A stretch of 64,000 nucleotides of DNA from Phoronis australis (lineage: Eukaryota; Animalia; Phoronida), in contig NMRA01000334.1 of NCBI GenBank assembly GCA_002633005.1, forward strand, positions 436,443 through 500,442, read 5' to 3'. This document shows, one piece after another, positions 25,840 to 37,414 of the stretch. The first letter of the stretch is position 1, and each line of letters opens with the position of its first letter. Both the position numbers and the translations under genes were made by a program. The notes beneath the pieces were generated by a model. The model was not told the origin of the DNA, made no database searches, and saw only the letters and a program-made list of their open reading frames with translations.

Positions 25840-28324
25840 CTGCGTGTAAAAATCACAAAATAACAAATGAAAACCATAAACCTGCAGAGACGTCTATTCC
25901 AAAGCGTATCGTATATGTGGATTTTTTACAATCACAACATGCCACTGTAGATTAGAAATATCTGTAACTTGAATCTGCATACAAAAATGTCATCCCTCTC
26001 CCGTTTGCAAACCTGCAAATGATCAACATACTATGTCTTTAGGTTGGGTTTTTTTACGAAACTGTACACCTTAACGTAATACTGTCCTTGGTCGTCACAG
26101 GTGAATATTTTCAAGTAAGAAGCATTCTTTTGCGAGTTGAGCACTATATTAATTGCCATTCTCATGTGTTTTTTATGTTGATGGTGGTTTATATTCGTTT
26201 CATTTTGTCAGTGTCAGTGTTGTCGTGATCTCACTGACTGTACGCTATAGGTAGTATTTATGCTCTCTTAATTAGGACCCTTATGTACATGATGTCAAAA
26301 GCTCGAGACCTGTTGTCCTTGGCCATAATCGGACACTAGTAAGTGCTTTCTAGGTCATTTTTTTCTACTTTTTACTGCACTGCGGTCATTTTTTGAAGTT
26401 TGCCATGTAGATAGACCTCGTCTAGAGCTTGGTTACTATATTCGTGTCTCGATATATGTCACAGAACCGTCTCAAATTTTTCAAGATATCTGACGACTCT
26501 TTTATTGACAGATTCTTCATTTTATTGGAAATTGTAAATAGCCGATAAAATTCCACACATACCGAAAATTTTGATATTTGTTAATAAATATTTTTAAAAT
26601 AACATTAGTATACACGATTAAAATTAGCGAAAACGTCGAGTTTTAATGGGACTTAAAACTATTCACAATCAACGAAGATCATGACTCGTTACTTGAATCG
26701 TCTTACTTGTCTGTTTCCCTTAAATCCTCGCAAATTTTCTGAAAAATCTCCTAGTATTGCAAGTCATAACGACACTTATCCGAATTTTGCTGAAACGGCA
26801 TCATGGCAAAGAATCGTACTGAATTCGAACATTGTAAAGAATAATGGGCTATGTCAAGTAAATGTCGGATGACTGTCAAACAACATTTGTGGAAATTTGT
26901 GTGTAACAAAACTGCGTGCGTTTATCCCTAAGTTCTGTTGTGATGTAGTTTTACATTTCCTCATTGCCCCCCACAAAGCTGTCACAGATTATTACAACCT
27001 GTACAGGTGTACTCTCTAAAAGACGTGGGAAAGGTGCGAGCCAGATGGAGATACCTGTGACGGCTTTTCGAATAATTTGAATAGAAAATATTCGCCACAA
27101 GTTTGTAAAATTCCCACAAATTGCAAGTTCTTTAAAACACAGTTGCCGGACCCCACCCTCATACATTTGCTCACATTTACCACTCGGTAATCTTGCACTA
27201 AGTCATAATGAAGAAAACGGAGGAAATTGCCTCGAGCCGTCCCTCGATCTCCCTTATCAGAGAGGAAGACTGTATAGTTTTACAAAATCGAGAGACTTGA
27301 TTCAAACAACGGGGCCAATTTTTGTAACTGAAACTTCTTCGAAATATCTATGGTGAGAATATCGTTAAAGCTAATGTTTTCTTGATTATAAAACTTCAGG
27401 GGTAACAAGGAACTCTCCATACTCTCATACAGCTAAGCAGCTATTAAAGCTTCAACTAAGACCAAGATCATCTGCCATTGTGTCCAGGTCTGTGTAAACG
27501 AGCTTAACCACTTAGCAACAAGTGGAATAAACCCATGTTGGCATTGACGGTAACAAAGCTGCTGACAAACTTGGAAAAGGAGCAAGTGCTTCCTATTATA
27601 TACCAAAAAACTTGCTTACCAGTTGCTTACAGGTGCTGCAGAGCGAACGTAAGACATAGGGTGGGCAAATTATCCGTGGATGTGAGGAGAGCGCTCTCCG
27701 TTTGCAGACAAACCAAATATTTCCAAGTCCTATTGAACCAAAAGGTTCGAAGAAACTGTTACGTTTAGATAGGCTTTCTATCAGGCGTGTGATATTGGTT
27801 ATAACCGGACACTGAAACTTAGCTCTGCAACTTAACATCACAGGCCACATGGTATGGTCGTATTGACCCAAGTGTGGCTTGGAGGCCGAAACTTTTCAAT
27901 ATTTGCCTTGCCCACACTAGACACCGTAATCTACTACATGATGGACACATAAATCGTTTGGTTGACATTGCTAGTTCATTCATGTTTAATAGATTGGAAG
28001 ATTTAACCTACGAGGAAACCGATGAAGTCGGGTCCCCTTGAGTCATAATCAGGTGATTAGTGTAATAGGCCCGGCCTTGCAGCCTAAACACGCCTGATGT
28101 ACCGCAAAAGGACCCTGAGCCCATCTACACTCCTCTTCAATGCACGTTGATTTGTTCTCGACTAGTCTGTCGCGATGTGGAGGGGCTCGTGGCCCTCCCT
28201 TTCGAAAACTATGGCAGTCCCACAATGCGTTGTTCTACCTCCTAAAACTAAAATTGTTGAATCCGGGATGTGAGCATTTGAGCATATTTGTTGTATAACG
28301 AATGTTCTGGATTCATAAAGTTAC

Positions 28325-28394
28325 CGTTCAGGTCCATTTCTTCCAAGTCATCATCACTCGAACCCAATGTTCGTTGAGCCAACTTCTTATCAAT
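28325..28394 (-). CDS. Secreted WG-R6/EF-hand protein, exon 2 (IDKKLAQRTLGSSDDDLEEMDLN-G)
   Basis: tgtttcag acceptor, gtaact donor, phase 0/1. Confidence 0.8.
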
Positions 28395-28403
28395 CTGAAA
28401 CAT

Positions 28404-28483
28404 CGGAATGGTATCAAACAAACATGTGTTACAATGTGCCTTACGGAATGGTATCAAACAAACATTTGTTACAATGTGCCTTA
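28404..28483. repeat. 40-bp tandem duplication next to the exon 2 acceptor
   Basis: cggaatggtatcaaacaaacat(g/t)tgttacaatgtgcctta x2. Confidence 0.85.
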
Positions 28484-29299
28484 ACTGTCCCATAATCATC
28501 GGGATGCAGCCAGTTTAAGGTTTTAATTTTATGTCGTGATGATTGTTTGTATAATCATAGCCATAAGACAATCTGAAACTGTTCACTGAATAATAATAAT
28601 AATAATAATTCCCAAATTGTTCAAATGAGAAAATTGCGCTTTAAAATGAAGTCTGATACAGATATGATGTAGAATAAACATTTATCACCATAACCTTGAA
28701 AAGGTCGCCATGTTCGATATGCGTATGGAAATGCCTCACCTAGAACTGTAAAAACTACGAGCAAAGTGTAAAGTGTCCTTTTTATATTTATCACGAAAAA
28801 GTACAATGCACGGTAATATAAGTTGAGCCCATAAAGCTCTAGAAAGCATTATGCCTGAGCGTCAATCTATAATAAATATACATCTACATATTCAACTTAG
28901 TTGAAGACTTATTTCGTGTTAGACAGCTTATACATACTCGGTCGTAGTCTCTAAACAATCTCCTATCTTCAGGCGTGCAGCTATGTAGCAAAACACCAAA
29001 ACACATAACAGACAAAAACTAGTTAAAACTTTAGCTATATTTCAAGAGTACATGCCTCATTATTAAGCAATGAGTGAAATGAACACATAGTGAAGCGAAA
29101 TAAACAGAGAAATAAACTGTGACAGCAGGTAGAGGGGCATGCAAGCAGAGAGTGTGATACATTCGGATTTCTAAATTTTCAAATTGCCCTGAATAACTTC
29201 CACAGTCTTCTCAACAAGAATGGGCACTGCTTTTAGACTTTGTAGGACAGTCCTGAACGACCCGGTGATGAAATCATACTTGCTTTTCTAACCACTTCC

Positions 29300-29816
29300 T
29301 GCACTTCAGATAGCTTTATCTTCCCGATTTCAAAGGCCATTATATGTAACGTGCTACCCAAGTAAAGTATATATACATATGCATGTACTTATACACTTTG
29401 GTTGAATACACGACATTTGTCGTTATTAACAATCTTTATTCCGCTCCGATCGTATCCTCGGTAGAAATTTCGCAACTCAACAGAGCATTGGTAAAGAAAC
29501 TGATCAAAAGACATGATTCATGTCCATGAGTTGGTTCATGTCCAAAACTAATTGTAAATCCGCTTCGCGTTGGATGGTGTGACCAAAAAGGTATTTTACA
29601 AAAATGTTATGTCCAACAATTACCACTAGGACAAACACGCCAATAAAGAAAATCATTAGGGATAACGTTAAAGTTTGTAAGCCCGATGATTACCTCGATG
29701 TCATTATTTATTATTGGAATAGGGAGTTCCCCAACTTTTTCAGGAAAAATAGCATTACTATAACGAAAGTCCGCCCCTTTGAGCCCTTAGAACGAATGTC
29801 TTCGGTCAAATGTTAA
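29300..29816 (+). mobile_element. Penelope-like retroelement fragment in intron 1
   Basis: IKKIIRDNVK..DDYLDVIIYY....NFFRKN resembles the segment between RT and GIY-YIG in Penelope-like elements; recognised from memory only. Confidence 0.4.
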
Positions 29817-30399
29817 GCAGTGTTACTTTTGTCAAACGGTTAATTGTCTTAGTTGTCTTTCTCGTCGGTTATCTATGCATCATATATAAATATGGCGCCA
29901 TCCAAGAAAATTTTCTGCAATGACCCTTCAAGAAATTGTGGGAAACAAGTGAATTCTATACGTATTGCACGATGTGCTGCGATTGAAAGTACAGGAGTCC
30001 CTTTTGATTGCATTCGTGAAGCCTGTTGTTTTGAATAAGCGGCAAACAGAAACGCGCCGCAAGATACATTTGTTTGCGTGACGTTCCTGTTACACCCCTT
30101 CATTTGTCATTCTTTGCAGTATTTCGTACCTGCCGTGTATATGTCTTCAGCTTTTGTTCTGTGGTGGTATTACTGCGTCATTTTATTTCCACTTGAGAAA
30201 AGAGTATGTTTCGAAATAGCGTGTGTCGAATTACAACAAATGTTTTGTACGGTGTTTTATTTCATATATACTCACATGTTTGTGTTTGTGATGCCACTTA
30301 CACTCGGAGATTTACTCTTTCAAGTATTTGTGTAGACCATACAAACGTTCGTTGAACCAACTATCAAGGCTAAGAACAGTCTGTTATTCAATGAAACAC

Positions 30400-30832
30400 A
30401 GACACACGCGCACACACACACACACACGCGCACAGAGAGAGAGAGAGAGAGAGAGAGGGANNNNNNNNNNNNNNNNNNNNNNNNNNNNNNNNNNNNNNNN
30501 NNNNNNNNNNNNNNNNNNNNNNNNNNNNNNNNNNNNNNNNNNNNNNNNNNNNNNNNNNNNNNNNNNNNNNNNNNNNNNNNNNNNNNNNNNNNNNNNNNNN
30601 NNNNNNNNNNNNNNNNNNNNNNNNNNNNNNNNNNNNNNNNNNNNNNNNNNNNNNNNNNNNNNNNNNNNNNNNNNNNNNNNNNNNNNNNNNNNNNNNNNNN
30701 NNNNNNNNNNNNNNNNNNNNNNNNNNNNNNNNNNNNNNNNNNNNNNNNNGAGAGGGAGAGGGAGAGGGAGAGGGAGAGAGAGAGAGAGAGAGAGAGAGAA
30801 GAAGGGAGGGAGTGCGGGAGGGAGGGAGGGAG
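30400..30832. repeat. (CA)n/(GA)n microsatellites flanking an assembly gap (N 30461-30749)
   Basis: Read directly. Confidence 0.95.
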
Positions 30833-31026
30833 GCTAAAGAGTTTGGCGTTGCAAGTACAGGTCTCTGCATGATCCCAACTTAGACTATGTGACATTGGCC
30901 TTGTGATCGATCCACAGAAACATCGTCATTAAAATAACGAAGAGATTGGTTTAGCCTAAATAGAGTGTAGGTATATGTATCCATGAGCAGTTCAACATTC
31001 AAAGCTGTTTTGTCGGCGTCATTTAC

Positions 31027-31158
31027 CTTATCGTATTGGTTTTGCATCACGGTCCTGCGTCTCCTCCTTCTTCCCCAAGAACAGACTCCATCCATGAGAA
31101 CCACAATCACCATCAAAAGGGCGAGAGTCTTCACAAGTCTCCTGGAAAATAACCACAT
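31027..31158 (-). CDS. Secreted WG-R6/EF-hand protein, exon 1 (MWLFSRRLVKTLALLMVIVVLMDGVCS/WGRRRRRRTVMQNQYDK)
   Basis: ATG, basic n-region, hydrophobic h-region and V-x-S cleavage pattern; AAG|gtaaat donor, phase 0. Confidence 0.8.
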
Positions 31159-31194
31159 GTCCACGAGATTCAGCTTGAAACATGACAACTCTGT

Positions 31195-31253
31195 GTATAT
31201 ATTTATTACACAAAGGTAAAACAAACTGCAAAACTGGCGATCTCATACGTCAC
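31195..31253 (-). promoter_or_regulatory. Putative core promoter: TATA-like TAAATATATA and CRE-like TGACGTA
   Basis: TATA-like element ~40 bp upstream of the ATG at 31158; tgacgta ~45 bp further upstream. Confidence 0.4.
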
Positions 31254-34200
31254 TTCTCGTTTTGGAGATGTGGAAGTGTTGAATTTCAGGTCATTTTTGC
31301 GGCAAAACATGGACACTATGGGGTATGAAACTGTCCCACTTTAATAACAGAACATTTATTCGCCATATGACTTGAAGCTAAGTGGTAATATACTCTGAAA
31401 GTTGCACCTTTGATGTACATGCATCATTTTATGTCGCCACAACATAGACATCTTCAAAAAGGGAGTTAGAGATTTTTCGAAAAGTTTATTTTAGTTGATG
31501 ACTTCAAAACAAGAATTCACGGGAATATTGGATATTTTCTATTTATTTTTATGAAGGGGACAGATAGTTGCTAAAGAATTATAAAAGAAAAAGTGATTAG
31601 ACTTTGTCAGATTACTCCGTTTTACTTTCAAAACGGCGTTCAAGTTGACGAAAATAAGATTTCTTTATGTGGATATTATAAAATCGACACCACAGTTTGT
31701 GCTTAAGATATACATAAACATAGAGTGAAAGAAGATACCATTTATCTAACAATCATTCTGTTTTCAAAAGCGTGGTTACAATGCTGCGTTGTTATCTGAA
31801 CACAGCTGTGTGACAGCGCACGAGCAACCTATTGGAAAATGGTGCGCAATTATGCATCTATTGTATCAAGGGTTGAGGCGAAGTCCGACTTAGAAAAAAG
31901 TACTAGACGCTTTTGAGAGAAACAGCATCAAACTTGATTTGGATAGCAGGTGAGACATTGACAACAACTGCTGAATCTCTAATCGCACAACGTGGTTTTA
32001 AGCTATAGCAGCACGATTTGACTCGGATCTGTGTTAATGTTATGATGCTTTATTTTGGGTTGCACAATTTCAAAAAAGTCACCTGTTATGAAGTCAAGTT
32101 GTGGGTGGGGCTGCACGCAACTCAATCAATTATGATTATGGAAGAGGCTATCGTAACTGAGTTGCCATTTGGCCGATAGATATTTTTGAATAGCTTTTTG
32201 AACCTCGCCAAAGTGATCTGGGCGGGTGCTTTATTTTTTCTTTAAGCAGTAAAAGATACACCGTGAGTTACATAATCATAGTGTCTTTGAAGCAGTGAAA
32301 GGCAGTGTACCAAAATGAGTATCGGTAACAGATTTTTCCATTTAATACCCTGCCGCTACAACTGAATAATCCTTCAATAACAATAAACAAGCACAAATGA
32401 CCCTGTATCACCGTTAATACCAGAAATCTTCAGAAATCAACAAAAAAGTGTTTTGCGTAATACAACACGATTTCGAAAAATTCTATAGGTAAATCACGTG
32501 AAACTGTTTTCTCACTAGAAAGAACAAGTGCCCAATGTTAGCCTATGTGGAATCCAGTGTCACAATGGGCTCAAACGCCGTATATTGTTTGTTAAAAGTT
32601 TCAGCATTGCAAGTCATTGTCGGTTTGGTAAGCATGTTTAAAACAGATTTATTTCTTGTTGGATGAAGTACTGGGCTTTCCATCAAACATTATGAGCGAG
32701 AAAAGGATTTTCCGAGATCAGCCTCAGCGTGGAATCGAAACCTGCACCCGGGAGGTTGCAGTCTGCCTCTCTCTGCTGTCGGAACTAAATCACACTTGAT
32801 AAATAGCTTTATCGTACTCCATTATGCCCGGGGTACGTCACGAGATATATGTTGCAAAGTAAAGCAAGATGTGGATTGCAACGAATGTCATTTATTATGA
32901 CGTAAGTAAAAAAAACTAAATAAGACGTACTCTGCATAATGAGCATGGAAAAACGCCACCGGAAAGAAAATGTACAGATTATAAACACAAAACTTGAAAA
33001 GACCTAAGAGGTAATGTTTAATGAAAAAAAGAAAAGGTTTGAACAGACACCCGGGATGGGGGGGGGGGATGCAGAGAACGAACGGAGGTCTTCTGGACGA
33101 GAGGTAGGTGGCTGAATCAGCTAATTAACCACGTTGAACTGAACAAAGGAAATATGGTTGACCAATCAAGTGTCGCGTAGAAAAATGCATGGATACAAAA
33201 GTAGACCTTTGCAGCTATAGAGATGAGTAACGAAAAATAAACCCTAAGGGTTGATATCAAAATAAAGTGACAAGTGCCAAAACAATGACAATAAATGCAC
33301 GCCGCTTATTTTGTCAGTCGGGCTTTGATTTCAGTGGACGTTTGGTAGACTATGACGAGAACAAGCGTTTTGTAATAAAATCACAAAAACACATCGGATG
33401 TTCTAGAACATGTTTTGTAGGTCTGGTCACGAATTGCATCCCATCCAGTAATAATCAAGAAAATGCATTTTTGTCAGGAAAGCAATGTTGTCTCTTTAAA
33501 TACAAATTGAGATTTTTGATAATTTCCCAAGGATTTCTATGGTTGCAGGTCTACGGGCAGTACCTTTTAAAGAGCAATGATTGACATGATTCAGAACCAT
33601 CGGAGAAAAAGAGGCAGTCTTCCAAATTTCCGTCACAAAAAAGTACAAACTCGTATTTTACTCTTAGATAAGTAGCTTGATTTGCCAATACATAACCATA
33701 GATTTCGAGGCATGCATATCTCTAATTCTAGCAATTCACATACGTAGTAGACAGAGACTGGAGATTTTATTCCCTCTTTCAAACTCTTCACAAGCAAGTC
33801 AGTATTTCCAGACGTGAGAGGTGGCTTTAGGCCAAGCCCAGACGTTGTTTGCCCTACTGGAGAGTTTGGCACAGTTTTAATTTATCAGTAATCGTTTTTA
33901 ATTTTCATTCCAAAAATTTCGTTTCACGTTGCTGGAACATGCGCTCTCAAGTTTCAGGTAATAGACTGTCCCTCGGCCTGGAGATTGAAGCTACACTTTT
34001 GTACTAGGCTACCACACATCGTCTAAACATGAAATTATGGAATTGGGTAACTCTGTGGAACTGGGCTGAAACTCTGTCAGGTTATTTATTTACTCAAGGC
34101 ATCACTGTTATGACGCAAAATTTAGTTTACACAGAATTAGCAGCAAAATGTCTTTGTTGACGTTTCGGGTTAGAAAATCGCCTGATCGTCGTTTGAAAAC

Positions 34201-35149
34201 TTTATTTGCACTCACAGAATCGAGGTTGCAACATTTTCGTGTCATTTTGATTTTATTTTAGGTTTTATTACAACCTACACATCTCCAAACGACTATTTAC
34301 TTGCATCGAAACACCGACATGTCCGACAGCTGCAAACAAGAACGGATAGAGGAGGTCTAATTTAAAGATGTTTTGGCTTGTTGTAGTAGTTACTTGAGTA
34401 GTAACATGTTACTTTCAGGTGTCACGTATCCCACCGCCCCTGCCGCCTTTTTGTCATTCTAGATTAAATCAATGATTCATTTGGCACGACTTGTTTACAC
34501 TCACACCCTCAAAATGGCGGCGATAAGTCGTCTTTCTTCTCTGTTCATCACCGGGGTATTGTGGAATCTTCCCAGCATGACCTGAAAGAGCTTTATAGAA
34601 GCCTAACAAGAATACCTCGAAGGGACATATAATACTAACTCACTCGCAATGTTCTAGGTCAAAACCTACCGGACACTAATCTACTTACATGTCAGTATCT
34701 GTCAAAATTTACTTGTGGTATAATTCCTTTCTGCGGTCAATCTTCTCTCCAGCGCTTTGCACATGCAACGACTGCTCAATGATAATTTTCTATTTGAGTT
34801 GATGCTTTTATTGTGTGCACTCATTTCCAGTGATAAAGGCCGCTGAAATTCAATAAAAGGGGCTGAATCGGGCATCTTGTTTATGAATTCTGATTGGATA
34901 GAAGATAATACTGGGACATTCCGAATGCCCAATCATCCAAACTTTTGAGGGGCTGAGAGATAGGCTTCCACCCGCAATATTGCGGGTGTCAATAGATGTG
35001 GATTAACCAATGATTCATTATTAAGTTTCGACACATGAACTATGTTTTAAAATAAAATTGAAAAGTAAACAGATTGGCACCCCGTCCTTCAACCATCAAA
35101 TGGTTCCTATGCCTATACTATGTTGCTCAGCCCCTCCACTATGAGGGTA

Positions 35150-35750
35150 ATAAACCAATATTCTAAAAGTGAACCTGAGACTTTGCTACACTTATACTGG
35201 CAATGTGATGTTGTTCAAAATTTTTGGAACAATGTTGAACGTTGGGTTAGAAACAAAACTAATATTTCCCTAGGTACAAATGTGCTTACAGTTTTCTTTG
35301 GAAACAGATGCAGAAGGCAGCCAATTCAAAATTTAATCTTGTGTCTCAGCAAGTTCCATTTATATAAGCAACGTCTCAAGGGTAAATCTCCAAATTCAAT
35401 TGTATTAACAAAAGAAATTAACAGTTATTTCTCCAGTGAAAAACATATTTATTCAAAAAATTTACAAATGGAAAAAATTACAAACAGGTGGTCACAAATG
35501 CATAATTTAATAGCAATGTAAGGATATTTTATCATTCCAAAATACTCTCTCCCCTTTTCAGAGCCATATACTACTACATTGTCTTGTATGTTTTTTTTCT
35601 TTTTGTTAAATGTATTTCAAAATCCGGTTCAAGTATACATTTAACTTAGTAAACTTTATTTTCATTGAATTGTAAAGTAAGGCAAGGGAACCCCACACCT
35701 TTGTCCTTACTTATGTTGAACTGGGAGAATAAAAAAATTAAAGAAAAAAT
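35150..35750 (+). mobile_element. 5'-truncated L1/Tx1-group LINE 3' end
   Basis: zf-RVT-like ETLLHLYWQCDVVQNFW...KFHLYK...W in ORF 35120-35521; AATAAA plus A-rich tail at ~35728-35750. Confidence 0.75.
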
Positions 35751-37414
35751 ATTCTAAGCTAACGGCTCCAACCCGTTCCCTTTGGCTTCATGCAGGCCCG
35801 TAGCCAGCACTGAGCGGGGGCTGGTTCGTATTTCTAGAACGGTGGACCTTATATATTTCACAAACGTCGACACTGTAGAGTTTTCGGTAAGGCCTTTGTT
35901 GCAGCTTACTTATGGGTGGGAATCTGTATACATAACGATGACTCTCAGCTCTATGTTCATGAGACGAGACCATGTGGAGAACTTCTCGCTTACATTGGTT
36001 ACCGATCTGATTCCCTAAGCCCTAGACAACTTTTACAATGGGTAATCAGCACACGGTTTGTATTGGTGTGGATCTGAGCTAATGAAGTGGAAGGTAACAT
36101 GAAGCACTACTTTCTTAACAATGGTGGTTGTTATTACACCCAAATTGGTTTTCGCTGGTATTTGCACCGAGTTAAAGCTTGCAATGTGGAAAGTAGTTTT
36201 AATTTGGTAAATTTTAAATATTACAAAAAGACTAAAACGTTAATTTGCCTTGATCTTGACAAACGACCACTTACCAACGGAACGTACATGTACGTTGCTT
36301 TAAATATGTTTCACACCTGTTTTCATTACTTTATATTCAAATCTCCTGTCTACTTTTTTACCGGTTAGGGTTGCTATCTTTCTATTTTGTTTTTAAACAA
36401 AGCATCAAAACAACTTAGAAGTCAGTTAATTGTAAACCCATCCCTGACTTTTCCAGATTATAGCTACACCAAACATGTCACAGCAAACAAAACTACACTT
36501 GTCATTACTTCACGTTCAATGTTTATTAGAACTCAAATCATAAAATATATACAAAAGTGCAAAAATGGTGGTAGCCACTAGGGCAAACTGAAGATTTGGA
36601 ACCTCTGGACAATTTTGGTTACTATTTTAGCTTTTCCTCAGTCATAAAAAATGAAATCACAGCTCTTGCCCACAGACCAAGCTCGTCCACTGCTTGCACT
36701 CTCTCATTGACTGAAAAGCTATCCATCTTCTTGTCTTTACACGTGTTCCATTACAACTACAATCTAACTATCGAAATTGGCCCATTTCCGCGAATATATG
36801 AGATCCGGTTAGTGCACTACTCCTCGAGTAAATTAGTTCGGCATGCCCTGGACCATATGCGATGTTTTAAAAGTTACTGACATCTAATTTAGTCACTGTG
36901 TGTTGTTTATAGATGTTTCAATGTAGCTTAGTTGTATATTAAAAGAACAACCCACGTGATATTGTTAACTCTGACCAATGTTTGTAAATCCACGGAGTAT
37001 ATCAATACGCACAGTCGTTTATCTTCAATCGTGCCCACTCCAATCGCAAATCGAAAACCAGATGTGGTTGTTTTTTCCATCTCAATACCGCTGTGGTATT
37101 TGTTCTAACGGAAGCTGTTGGTTATTGCATTTTGAAAATTTGGCAGTATGTACAGGCAGAGATGTTTACTACAGTTTATGGCCGGATAATTACACTTAAT
37201 TGGGTCTTGCCATGGTCGCACCGGACAATGCGGTCATCGCAACTGAGTCCGACTATGGCGCCGCGCTCTCTTTGATCCGGGTAAAATCCGCTGAGAAAGA
37301 CGAGCTGTGAAAAGTCACGCATATCTTTAGAAAAGCGTGACTTTCGTGTAAGCGCATTATTCACGGCATGACATATTTTGTAATACCAAAAATGAGTATC
37401 CTGTGACAATTACT

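Noticed and set aside
30320-30895. ORFs of 160-191 aa
   Set aside because: Microsatellite plus N gap
30880-31224. Single-exon 114-aa ORF as the whole gene
   Set aside because: A good donor at 31026 and in-phase downstream exons that rebuild an EF-hand favour the spliced model; the ORF start given in the track is not ATG
31258-34292. TIR pair tttggagatgtg / cacatctccaaa
   Set aside because: Only ~12 exact bases and no TSD found; may be chance
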